From: Rhina ancylostomus
Lineage: Eukaryota
Direction of reading: 5' to 3'
DNA: 64,000 nucleotides
Assembly: GCA_030265395.1 (NCBI GenBank)
Contig: JARFYF010000050.1
Span: forward strand, 15,122,843 to 15,186,842
Shown: piece after piece, positions 49,381 to 61,929 of the stretch
Numbering within the stretch: position 1 is the first letter of the stretch
Layout of the letters: every line of letters starts with the position of its first letter
Made by a program: the position numbers and the translations under genes
The notes under the pieces: generated by a model
Seen by the model: only the letters and a program-made list of their open reading frames with translations
Told to the model about the DNA's origin: nothing
Database searches by the model: none

Positions 49381-51988
49381 GTAAATAAACGGGGGAAGGA
49401 AGGGAGCAAAACTACACTCAGTTGCAAGAAATATTTTTTTAAAAAGGCTGGAGAATAAAGAGGGTCAAAAACGAGAGCTTTCGAAATTGGGGGGCCTAGA
49501 GAAAACGGGATGGTCAGCTTCAGTCTTGCGGTGCAGATGTGACTGGGACAACTGGAAAGTCTGGGAGGTTGGCGAAAACCGTAGCTACACATTCCAAGTT
49601 AGGATAGCCCTTCTAAAGTGGGAGAAGGTAGAGCGGGATCCAATGTCAGCGGATGGCATTGCCGTTCCTGGGGTAAATATGTTTCTTGCTATTACTAAAG
49701 GCTCAGTTGTGGCAGAAAATTAAACAATAAATTGAAAACACAATGAATATCGGAGGAATAAATGTTAGAAATTAAAATAAAAAAAACTCGCTTTTAGCCA
49801 CTACTGCAACAGTGATGTAACTGCTGGTGCGATGTTGCAGATCGAAGCTAGATGGTGCATTTACCTCCTAAGCGAGTCTGGTGTAGGGAGGCTGTGTGCT
49901 GTCAGATCACAGAACGTCGTTCTAACGACTATCTGTGATGTTCCTATTTCAGAGGCTCCTCTGCACTTCTCTCTTATGCACCTGCTGGTACACAAGTGTG
50001 GTTTTAAAGGGGCACGCTAATTTAACCATCCTTGTAACCTGAAAAATAGCAAGGGCGCGCAGAGTTGCATATCCTTTTTAATTAGGTACACGATAATCGA
50101 TCCGAGTGGTTAGTGGCTCACGGGGTTGCCATAGCTGCCTGCAATCATGTGAATAAATATAGTGGAGTCATGCTGCGTGTAACAGGACGAGAGGGACGGA
50201 AAGTTGCTTATAAACAGGCTAGGATTAATTGGGCAGTCAATAACGCGTTGCTTTTAAAAGAATAATGTATTCTTGCATTTAATCGAAGCTGACTGTATTA
50301 TTTTTCTTTTAGATGTGATTAGAAAGACCATAGCAAACGGGGTAGGTTAGCGATTGCAACTGCAGTATTCCATTTCTACCTGCTGTCGGTTGCAAGTTTT
50401 GTTCAGTTGGTGGCAGTTCATCAGTGACCTTTTACAAATTTTGACTGTTACAGGAGCACGCCAGTAATCACATAACCACAGTAAATCACAACACTTGGTC
50501 TGTAAAAAAAAAAGATGGAATAATAACGTCATGCTTTAATGCAATGCTTACTAAAGTACAAAAGCAATAGTCTTTGGCTGCATTATAAGTAATATAACAC
50601 TGCATTAATTCAAGTTAAATTAATTCAGAACTCCACACTGTTAGAGATGTAATACAAAGCATTGCATTCATGTACAGCAGGAATAGTTATAAAAAACAAT
50701 TGAGGTGTGTTAAAGTGGCTAATTGTGTATTTACTTAAATAAAAAGTAGAAATGCAATTTGTCCACTTAACATGCATCTGAAGGTTCGAATGAGAATCAC
50801 AAGAGATATATNNNNNNNNNNNNNNNNNNNNNNNNNNNNNNNNNNNNNNNNNNNNNNNNNNNNNNNNNNNNNNNNNNNNNNNNNNNNNNNNNNNNNNNNN
50901 NNNNNNNNNNNGTCCACTTAACATGCATCAGAAGGTTAGTATGAGAATCACAAGATATATTTGTAAACAATAAAGTGAGCCAAAGAGGAAAGGAAGGAGC
51001 AGTTCCCTTGGGTTATGGATAACATTTTTGAATGTGCATCTGTCCTTAGATTGGAAGAACAAGTATTAGCAAACTGATCAAATACTTTGGGGATCATTTT
51101 GCTCACCTTTTGACTGGGCATATTTAGTTCAGTTGTACAGTTGAGATGCTTTATCATTAGTACAGTTGGCAGCTCAATAAACTCTCTTGACTAAATAATT
51201 CTCTGGTACTTTTGGGGAGCTTGCCATTAATATTCTATTTGTATATAAAGTTTTGAAATTGGAAATGTAGTTAACTGGAATATGAACAGCAAGTGGGGCA
51301 ATATTCCCAGCCTGGATAGATATTGGAACAAATAAAGCTGATCTGCATATGGGGTTTCACTGTTCACTGGGTCACAGAAGCATCATTTTAAGACCCAGGT
51401 CTGGCCAGTAAATCACGTTCCTTCCACAAACCCAAAGCTGATGTTTGTAGAGAATGGAAACTGTCCAATTCCATGTTGAATGAATTTGGTGCCAGTTGTG
51501 CTCAAAATCACATGTTAAAGGACTCTAACCACAACAACATTATTCCCTGCCCTAAATCCTGATAATTGTTTCCTCAGTTTGTACTAAATTATTTGGAATA
51601 TATGTTCACCATAATAACTTCAACTCTTTTCCCAGTGAAACTTTAATGAAGAAGATTGCATTCATCCAAGTATAAATTTAGACAATACATTCCTCAAGAA
51701 AATGCAAAACTTTACTGATATTTATCTTATAATAATATATTCTTGATGGTTAGGCATTCATTTGATGACAGAGATGTAAACACTACTAGTGGATCTTGAT
51801 GTGTTTCTTTTAGTTTAAGGGATTTTTGATCATATCATGATGTTTCAGGTTAAGTCCTGAATATAATGCAGCCAAGGATATCCAACCTTTCTCAAAGTGG
51901 GGGTAGAAGTTATTTCTTAAACTGATTATTAAGTTCATACATATTAAGTGATTTTCATGCTCATCTTGTTTTTAATCATTGATTGCAG

Positions 51989-52055
51989 AGAAAGACAAGA
52001 GCAGTCAATGGGTTATCGTAAACGAGGACCCAAGCCCAAACACCTACTGGTTCAG
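51989..52055 (+). CDS. CBX4: CBX4 exon 4 (AT-hook-like RKRGPKPK motif)
   Basis: gattgcAG acceptor; 67 nt encoding ERQEQSMGYRKRGPKPKHLLVQ; donor GTAATG at 52056; phases fit exons 3 and 5. Confidence 0.96.
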
Positions 52056-52238
52056 GTAATGTTACCTGTCAAGTACAGATCTGATTAGATAAACACAGGA
52101 TGAAGAGTCAAATACCATGTATTTTTGAGTTGCCCTGTTGCATAGAGTTTAATTAATATATTCTACTTTAAACTAAACACACCTGCTTAGAATAGTCAAA
52201 TGAGTCAATGTCAGTGTAACATTGTAAAACTGACATGG

Positions 52239-52341
52239 TGTCACAATGTTGATCCAGAGCAAAGTCACAGAGAACCCAAATGCGGCACACCAATACAAGA
52301 CTGGCGTCAGGATACTTCCTCAGGACAAATGCAGGCAGTAA
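52239..52341 (-). mobile_element. Second copy of the same LTR, in CBX4 intron 4; other end lost in gap 52342-52444
   Basis: TGTCACAATGTTGATCCAGAGCAAAGTCACAGAGAACCCAAATGCGGCACACCAATACAAGACTGGCGTCAGGAT is nearly identical to 34800-34874. Confidence 0.85.
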
Positions 52342-53166
52342 NNNNNNNNNNNNNNNNNNNNNNNNNNNNNNNNNNNNNNNNNNNNNNNNNNNNNNNNNNN
52401 NNNNNNNNNNNNNNNNNNNNNNNNNNNNNNNNNNNNNNNNNNNNTTGCAACATGCAATTGTTTGATATAATGTAATACATCTGAAAGTAATAAGGTATAA
52501 ATCCAGCCTTTATAGGTTCATTTAAGGGAATATGCATGTCACAAGCAAAGCCAGCAGAGATTACCCACCCTAGTTGCCCTTAAGAAGAATTGCAGTCTGA
52601 TTGTACTATTGGGTGTAGGCCAGCATGATTAGTTTTCATCAGAATGATAGATTGGAGATATACACCAAGGCAAGATAAAGTGTGACTTGGAGAGGCACCT
52701 AAAGATGGTGGGGACCACATGTGTATACTACACTGGTCCATTTGGTGATGGTGGTTGAGGGACCGTTGAGCACTACTGAAAGAGAAGAACTATTGCTGTC
52801 CAAAGCAATATATGTAAGAAATAACCAAAACCTTTGTTCATCCACTGATGTGAATTAATATGAACTGATGATGATCGAACCATGGTTATCAGTTCTCAGA
52901 AATTGATTAATCTGTTAGAATTGTTGGGATTTTGTGGAGACTTGGCTGGTGAGGGAGAAGTGGAATGATTAGAAAACTAAACCACATGCCTGAATTAGTT
53001 GGACCTTGATAGAGAGGTACAACTTCACATTTCAAAGATCATTCAATATAGAAAGAGCCAGTCTACAGATTTAAGTTATAACCTTGCCTTATAATTCATG
53101 GATTCTAGATTATTTCCTGAAGGTTAAAATCCAAGTAATACTAATCTTTGTATTCTGAATTTTCAG

Positions 53167-54555
53167 CTACCAGCTTTTGCTCGACGTTCAAATGTCCCTT
53201 CAGAGTTACAGGATGCCTATGTAGAAGATGAACGATCAAAAATTGAAATTCAGCAACAACCTATCAAACGTCAATATCAATTGAACAGTAAAAAGCTTCA
53301 TCAGTACAAACCCTGTAACACAGAAGAACAACGTCAACATCAAGTTACTAAACATTATTACCAACTCAACAGCAAGAAACATCATCATTATCAACCAGAT
53401 ATTATGTACCCCAGTCAGCAAGCTGATTGTCACAGGAGTGAAACTGAATTAAACCAGGAGCAACATCAGTCCAGTCAAGAACAGGAAACACTACACAGTT
53501 TTATGAAGAGTGGAAGCCATACTCACGTTGTAGGTGTGGAGAAACCAGTGATCAAGGAAATGGATCCAAAATCTGGAAGTGGGCCAGAAATAGCCAAGGA
53601 AAGTGTAAAAAGCAATGGCATGAATGGTAGGATGAAGATAGTGAAAAATAAAAATAAAAATGGTAGAATTGTAATAGTAATGAGCAAGTATATGGATAAT
53701 GGGATACAGTCAACAAAAGATAAGCACGGTAAGAATGGGGATGGAGGGAATGAGTCAGCAGCGAGCAAGACTGGAGAGCGAGAACTATGGATAGTCAAAA
53801 ATGGCCATGGCAAAACTGCTGTTGCAGAGGAGAGAGTAGAGAAGGTCAAGGATAATTATATCGCAAATGGGCGGCAAGAGGTAACAAAGACTCTTAATGG
53901 AAACAAAAAGGCAGAGGATGAGAAAGATGGTTACGTTACAGCTGTGGTGGTTAAAGAAACAGCAGTTTCAGCACAAAATAAAAATTTGAATGGGGAGGTA
54001 GGTGGCACAGAGAGAAATGAGACAGCGAATAAGAAAGAGGGGAGAATTCAGAAGGATCAGTACCCCTTGGAACAGGGGCAATGTAACAAACCAAATACAA
54101 TGCGATGGTCTTGTGATTCAGAAGTCTCTAACAGGGATGGGCTATACTCCAATCTACCCCATTCCAGAAAGCGGTATCTGTCAGAACCCATTGTGGACAG
54201 TGAGGCCAAAAAACCAATGACGTGCAGAAGCATCAGTGTCCCAGGCAGTGCAGTACAACTGGAGCAAGAAGACCTAATTGAGACAGAGGCAGTCGATGGC
54301 TATCGAAATGTGGGAATTGATGGTATTTTGGACTCAAATCCTGAACAACCAATTGATCTGAGCTGTGTCAAGTCCAGGCCGGTGCCTCAGAAGGTGACAG
54401 CACAGCAGGCGGAGGTTGAGGAGAAAGAAGAAGCAGTGAAGGGGGATCAGCACTATCCTTGGACTGGACTCAAACCTTACCTTGGAAATCTGATTATCAC
54501 AGATGTCACAGCAAACTGCCTCACTGTTACATTTAAGGAATATGTNNNNNNNNNN
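53167..54555 (+). CDS. CBX4: CBX4 exon 5 (SIM1, CtBP-binding motif, C-terminal Pc/C-box); stop codon inferred inside gap 54546-54626
   Basis: tttcAG acceptor at 53166. Open frame LPAFARRSNV...YQLNSKK (twice)...MKIVKNKNKNGRIVIVMSKYM...RKRYLSEP...PIDLSC...LKPYLGNLIITDVTANCLTVTFKEY(V). The end coordinate assumes the human-type YVTV* ending, giving a protein of about 544 aa. Confidence 0.95.
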
Positions 54556-54626
54556 NNNNNNNNNNNNNNNNNNNNNNNNNNNNNNNNNNNNNNNNNNNNN
54601 NNNNNNNNNNNNNNNNNNNNNNNNNN

Positions 54627-55700
54627 TTTTATCTATCAGTCAATAGACATTAATCTGTATTACATGAAAGTTTTCAGACACAATTTGGAATTACTCCAAG
54701 CAGAGTTTTTTGTATTCTATATGCTATAAGAGCAACGCTGGGGAACCTCATGCAGAAATCCAATGTATCTGCGTTTGTGCATTATGGGATAGTAGTTAAG
54801 GGATCAGTGACTTGGCAGCTATGAGCATGACACCTAACTTTAGATTGTCATTACTATTATTTCATTTTTAATTATCAATTATTAATATTTGTGATAATAT
54901 GTGTGCTATTTAAATGTGCAGATGCCTTGTATTTCCTGTCTGTTTGATATTTCCAAGGCTGATGAGCTTGTGCTGCTATTATAAAATTGTATTTTTTTTG
55001 TGCTTGAATGTAAATATGTGAAAACGCCTTTAATGAAACGTATTCACTGTTGCAATAGTGCAACAGTTCGTAATATAAAGGAAGAATGTTGATATTCTGT
55101 TTTGTATCCAAGGCACGCCATTTTTGATCTGGCGTTTATTACTACCAGCTGAACAGCGAATAGAAATTCTAAGAAACGAACTTGAGTCATAATTACTAAT
55201 TTGTGGCGCTCATTGTAAAATTAATATGCAGTGGTTGTGAAGTTACTCTCCCCAAGGACACTGGTACTGTTTCTGAGTGAGTAAAATGATGAATCTCTGG
55301 AGCTGCCTTTGAAATCTTACTGCACATTTTAGAGTAACATTCTATTCTATGTGTAGCTGTGGTTACCAGCTGGCGTCATTTCACGGAAACCACAGTTTTA
55401 TTTGTGTCACATTGACAAACGGTGCAGATTAAAATAGTCAAGGAGGCAACATCCTGTGACTTGAGTGAAATAACTGTACATCAAAGTATCATTGCTCTTC
55501 AGACCTCTGACCCAGAAATGCTTCTTCACAGAGTATGTCATCAAAGTGACTGTAACTCTTCGCCGACCTCTCAGTGTATATATCTGGAAATGCAATCATG
55601 AAAAAGACATGACTACCATAATCCTACACGAGGTAGTCGTTTATCTAACCGATCGTGAAAAAAATACATTATAACGATCCGGAATAAATACAAACCCAGG
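54627..55700 (+). other. CBX4: CBX4 3'UTR (end uncertain)
   Basis: AU-rich sequence following the last exon. A variant signal AATATAAA near 55072 is followed by a U/GU-rich tract; a canonical AATAAA lies at 55683-55688. Confidence 0.6.
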
Positions 55701-57999
55701 TGTAGAAGGGTTTTGGTTATTCTTTTTTTAATCTTCTGGAGTAAGCATTTGGTTTTACAATTTTAATTTTAACCTGCCATGATACATATTGCAATCGAGA
55801 TCATTGCCGTAGAACGGGATCTAGGGAACGCGGCAATTTGTGGTTACAGGACCGATTTAGGAATTGAAATATGAAATAAAATGCAGGCGCCATCTCAAAA
55901 AGACTTCAAAATATTTGAAAGAGTTCTCCAGGTTGGGGATAAGGAGATGGTGATTTGTAACCAATGCTGCGTTAACCATTACATCGTGGATACGTCTGGA
56001 TGGTTGCACTCAACTGATGTTCTAAAAATGTAACCACCCAAGAGAGAGAAATATGCTAGTTGAAGGCCTTTGAGACGCTATTCTATGTGGCAGATCTGGC
56101 AGTTCCATGAAGGAGTCCATTGTACAGTCTTCCAGTGTCTTGTTTATAACTGGCACCTGAAGCAATGAGTATGGATTTATTTTGTCACTTTGCTCCAATT
56201 AATTGTCAGCTGGCCCTAACTTGGATAAACACGGGTAGGGGTCGGAGGTATGTCGCGCTAAAGTGCATGTCTTCGACAGAAACTCCAGCAATATGTAACT
56301 ACACGTGCCTGGAAGTTGCCAAGTCTGGCTCTCGCCAACTTGTATCCAGATCTTCTTAGATGTTTCCTTAGGGGAGGTGAACGTGCTCTCCATATCAAGC
56401 AGATGGAATTTGAGTCTGGGGATACCGTGTAGGGTTTACCATACCGAAAACTGAACCAACGTAGGTTTCAGCCAGCATCAATATCAAACAAAATATGGCG
56501 ACTGTACACAGATCCAAACTAGCACAGCAAGAGGACTACAAACCGTGACAGATTCCAAGCACCACCATCACATTTACGATGTATGCCTTAATTTCAGTTT
56601 GTGCCGTTTGAACTTTGTAAGTCTTGGAGATGTGCCAAGGGGTGTGATAATGACCATTATTCAATGGTAACTACATCCTAACCTTGAACACCTATTATTA
56701 GGCTGAGGTAAGTGAATATTAGCTCTGTAGCCCAGCAGGACCGAAACTCGGATATCACCACTCTCAACTGAAAAAAAAATTAACAAAATCAAGAAATACT
56801 GTGGATCTGACACAAACAAAACTGCTGGAAATACTCGTCAGGCATTAGTCCTGATGAAAGGTCGCCGGCCTCAACGTTTCACAAATCATCTACCATGATC
56901 GATCCTCCTTTGGGCAACCAAATAAACATTTGATGATATCGTGTTGTGTACATATCTTTGAGTCCTGTCTATCTGAGCATTACCTCCAGTACTTTTTGGA
57001 GGAGATTTGAATTGGACTTCTGATTGTAAAACTGTAGCCCCATTGTACGCAAATCAAAAGGCTTTGAAGAACTGAATCGTGGATCTAACACGCGCGGTAC
57101 ATGCTAATGTATTCACAATAGGCGCTGCGCACATCTGCACCTCCAAATTATGGACTAATTTGCAACAACAATTATCCGGGACCTTTTATACCAGTACCGT
57201 AACATTCAGTCATCTAATTACAGTAGTTCTCAAACAAATCCGTCCGGGATTTTGTTTGATTTCAATAGTTTCACCAAGAATCCCAGAAAGTGGCATAGTA
57301 CAGAGCTGCCAAGAACAACCTCCTCCTGTCATCCAGTTGGTTCTACACTCTGTTTCATTACCGCAAAGCCACTGTGTCCTAAAGCAGGGGCCAAAATTGA
57401 AAGTGCGAAAATTTCTTCGGTGCAATCATATTGGCTTCGGTTCCGTAAACATGAAACAACAGTAAACATGAATCATGGGCTCCTCCACAGTTCGGGAAAT
57501 ATAGTGTACATTTCCAGCAATGCATGAGTAACTGCGACTGAGACCAGACCATGTCACAGGAAGCCCACACGTCTTTCATGAGGTCATCTCTCAAGCAAGT
57601 GACTTTGTAAGAATGTTTTAGATTGTGCGTGCCTCAATGGAATTTATGTTTCGCTGTACACAGTTTGTACTGTGACCTGATAAATCCTTGGAAGTTTTGA
57701 CGCAAACCAAACGAGTACAATAGGATTTTTGACAGTGGGGGTGCAATTCCATAGTTTCTAACGCTCTTAGGGACTTACATTACAGTCGACACGCAGGATA
57801 AGTGTGCCAGTCTTATAAAAACACAGCACTTGGTATGCTTCATCGAGCCTGTTCCCAAAATTATTCGTCTGCCCACGGAAAATGCAATTTATTAGCTGAA
57901 TCACCTTCGTTAAATCACTGCAATCGTCAGCTCATATTTTCTTTAATAAGGTAGAAAGGCCATGCATTAGTAATCAGAATCTTAAATTCGGCCAAATAT

Positions 58000-59760
58000 A
58001 GTTTAAAGCCTGAGATTAAGTTAGAACGATATCTCGTGCTCGTCAGGCGAGCGGTGCTGTGGGAAAACAACGACTGGTTTTAACTTTAATGTGCCATGTG
58101 GTCAGTCTGCTTCTGCAAATAACAATTAAAGATGCTATTTATGTGGTGTATTGATACGTCCGACTCCTGGAGGGGCTTTGCTTTGGTCAGATGCGGCCGT
58201 GCCTTTGGACATGATATCTCACTATGCCCGCAGATGAGAGGTCCAGCTGATCTGCATCGGTTGAGGGGAGAAGGTTTCCCAAACAGCTTGTTGGTCCTGG
58301 GCTTTGCAACATCTCTCTGAGCCTCGGAAGGAGCCGCATGCTCCCATGTTGGTGTCAAGATCCGCACAAGGGAACGGTTACCGATCGCCGGCAACCCAGA
58401 TTTATAAAGTCTCTTTCTCCCGGGACTGACTTGTGAATGTAGTGTAACACTCGGCCGAGCCAATGTATTGTCAGGACTGGTAAACCGTGTTGGGTGTGGA
58501 TGTGGGTTTTGTTTTCCGTGAGGAAAGGGAAGTAGAATAAAGGCCCCAAACATTCGCCGAACTAGTGTGCGGCCAATTACGTGGCTGCGTTTAAGGCGCC
58601 ATTTGCTGCAAGGGAGCCAGACACAAGCGAAGACCTTCTCGATGTGAACCCACTGGGGTTTAAATGACGTGCACTAAACGAAAAAGTAAGCGCTGGTTCC
58701 CTGGGCGGTGGCGGGCCGCTGTGGGTCAGCCAAGCGCCTCCAGTTCGCTAAGCACCTGAGAGATGAGGCTCCTTCTCTCTATCTGGCGTGATCTTCGCGA
58801 CGCCAGCCCGCTCACCATTTTACAATTCACACTTCCAGATGCTTGGCGAGTCTCACACCCTCCCTCCGATGGCCAAGCAATTCAGTGCACGATTCCTCCT
58901 GTAGCCCCGTGTTCCTGCCCGACCCGGGATGGAACCGTTGCCTCTCTATTCTCTCCCGTCATAGCCGCCCACCCGAGGAACTAACGGTGTGATCCTTGGC
59001 ACCACTGGAGACCAGTGTCATAGCCGCCCGCCCGAGGAACTAACGGTGTGATCCTTGGCACCACTGGAGACCAGTGTCATGCCCTCGGTCAGAGCACATT
59101 CACCCAAACACCAGTTTCTAGCCCAGGATTTGCAGATGTTAATGTCATGCATTCTTATTGCGCGAATCCGTTCATAATTCCTATTGTAACCCTCCGTCCT
59201 CGCAATGGTGCACGGACGCCCCTCTCCCCCACATCTTCCTCAAAAAGGTCGCTTGTCTTCCGAATCCAACAGTCCAAATCTAAAGTCCCAGGTTCTCTTC
59301 AACCGGCGACCCAGCTGATCAATAATCAGAACCCGAGATGTGAGGACGGGGGCGCCCCAGCCAGCTAATGTTGTCATTTACAGACGTGGCGATCGTTGAA
59401 TGCCAATGCCTGAAGGAACTTCGATGTAGATGTCCCTGTTGCTGAGGCACGGACTGCATTGGCCGCCATATTTCGGTTTAAACGTGTCCGTCTGCAATAG
59501 TGATCTAGAATATCAGAGGCTTTTAAACCGGACAGGCTGCCTGCCGCTTCTTAACTTGCGGCACATTAATGTACTTCACCTGTTTATCAATACTAATGAT
59601 GGAATCTTTCCAGCAATGGTCTCCTTTGCTGGGCTTGCTCCCTTTTGCTGCCTTCAAAGGAAACCGCTTACCAGAGCGAATTCCAACGCGGCGAACAATG
59701 GCCGGGTGCTCAGCCGCAGTGTGGTTTTACCGATGTCGTTAGCTATTTATTGTGGGTGGG
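58000..59760. promoter_or_regulatory. CpG island downstream of CBX4
   Basis: Dense CpG and GC; CCAAT near 58459 and 58573, TACGTG, CGCCATTT (YY1-like), TGACGT, GC boxes. Confidence 0.55.
58958..59080. repeat. 59-bp tandem duplication (2 copies, 1 mismatch)
   Basis: GTCATAGCCGCCC(A/G)CCCGAGGAACTAACGGTGTGATCCTTGGCACCACTGGAGACCAGT starts at 58958 and 59017; GTCAT recurs at 59076. Confidence 0.95.
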
Positions 59761-61929
59761 AACCCGGTTTTTTTTAAAATAAATTTCCCCACTAAGTATC
59801 TGTTGGAAATACAGATCCTTCTCATTTCAATGCCAGTATTGCTCTGTGAGGTGGCTGTTGAAGGACCAGAATGAGTGACCGTACGGTTAACATTGGATTG
59901 TTTAAAGTTAAAAAAATGTCATCGTTTTAAAGGACAATTTTGCTCTACAATAAACTGTTGTCATTTTTTTATGTTGCGTAAATGTTCTGCTCATGCACAG
60001 TGGACGGCGAATATTGGCTTTAATAATTAAATACGCATGTGAATGGTCTTGAAACGATCTCGGCAAACGTTTCAGCTGTTCCCTTAGAACAGGATTATTA
60101 TCCCACCCCAGACCAGGATAACTCGAATGCTAAAAGTACCGACCCGAAATAATACACATGAAACGAAACGATTTTCACACAATTACTCGGTTGAAAGGTG
60201 TGATAATTGTTGCTTGACCACTCGGCTCTGTATGCAAACGACTTCATTCGCATTATATCTTAATACCAAAGAAAATCCACTTCAATGTATTCGCAAATTC
60301 CGTTCCGGTGGTTCAAAAATCGCTGACAGAAGGGCAAACGATCACTCTAACACCTGTAGGAGCCCAGTGATGCAACGATAGCCCAGTTATCAACAGATTA
60401 TCAAACCTATAACTTAATCCATTTGGAATTTTTACTCCAATGAATCTGAGGTATATGTTTATCTGAGAACTAGATATGTTATATTGGATATCTCAGGTAT
60501 AATTTACATTTAAATAAATCATATTGGGTATCTGTGGTGCACCCTATAATCTTTAGTTACATGTCTGTGATCTTTTTTGTAATGGTTTTCTATATGATAG
60601 ATGCACATACTGAGCGTTGCTATTGCGTCTCAGCTCAGTAAGTTCTGTCAATGCACTACACCTACTGGCAGTTTGAAGGATATCAATCCAATATTACCTC
60701 TGGGGTCTTCTGTATATCCAGTTATTCTCCAAGAATCGCACCAAACTGCATTCGTGGTAAATCCACCAGAGTGTCATCTCTCTGGCTCCATTGGTGCTCA
60801 GCCCATTGTCCTCAATATATGATTTCAAACCACCTTTCCACCCTCATTTTCTCAATCCAACCCTTCTTATTGAAAATTTAATAATGTTAATCAAAATATT
60901 TCAAATCTCTGCCTGAGGGTACTTACATTGATATGATGAACACCCAAATCATCTATTACCTTGAATGTACTGAGGTAAAGCAGGATCAGCAGCGTAGACA
61001 ATATATCTACGATTCTTATCTCTTGTACCTTTTACCTGCCAAATTCTAAAGAACGTTGCTGAATAAATGGCCATTGCCTTGGACTTTTACAAAGGCTCTG
61101 ATAGGATTTAGTTCCACCCATCTCCAAACAAGTTGCTACCATATGTCTATCGTTCATCTTACAACCAAAGCAATGTTAATACTTTTCTAGTTTCCTCTTA
61201 GAGCGCACTGTCTGTGATGTATTTGATGGTCCCACCCATTATCCTTCTTTATCCTTCTTTATCTGCTGTTCTTGCTGCACAAAACATCTGACCTCATGTA
61301 CTCCCATCCACACCATTGCCACAGCTGCTCTGCAAGCTCAGTCACTTCCTTTAAGAACAATTCTTGTTCATTCAAGAATTAAATACTTCTCATATTTTGG
61401 GGTGAACTTAAAGATACCGTGACAGGGTGCAATAAAGTTTTTTTTCAGCTGGAACACTATTCACTCACCTGTAGTTTCTGAGCTCTCTCCTGTTCCAATA
61501 ATAGAATGTTTTCAATGTCATTCTCAAAATGTTATGCATTATTCCTCCAAAACACTACACATTTCTTGTAAGGGGCTCTTTTCATTCCCAAATTATTGGC
61601 ACTAGTTACCTTCCTTGCCCATCCTTCCAAAATTTTAAGACTTGTTTACCCATATTTAAACCCATAATTTACCTGTTTTCTTAAAAATCCTTTCCCATCT
61701 AGATGACCTCCTATCCTTGACCCAAAAGGGGTTCTAATTTTGTTTTAAAATACCAGAAATGAGTCTATATGTAGTAAATTTCCGTATCATTGGTTCAAAT
61801 AAAACGAGTTACTTCCCCCTGATGGCCGTTTATTTCAAGGAACTTGTCTGGTATTTTCTGTAAGGCTGCATAAACACAGATGTTGTGACAACCTTGGTAT
61901 CTGTTTTTAGNNNNNNNNNNCTGCAGTAA

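Noticed and set aside
49843-49858. CTCF-like CTAGATGGTGC (and similar near 30190 and 12465)
   Set aside because: Only partial matches to the core, which cannot be supported without PWM scoring or ChIP.
54546-54729. C-terminal extension of the 482-aa ORF (FIYQSIDIN...)
   Set aside because: Artefact of translating through Ns. CBX4 normally ends a few residues after TFKEY, so this is 3'UTR.
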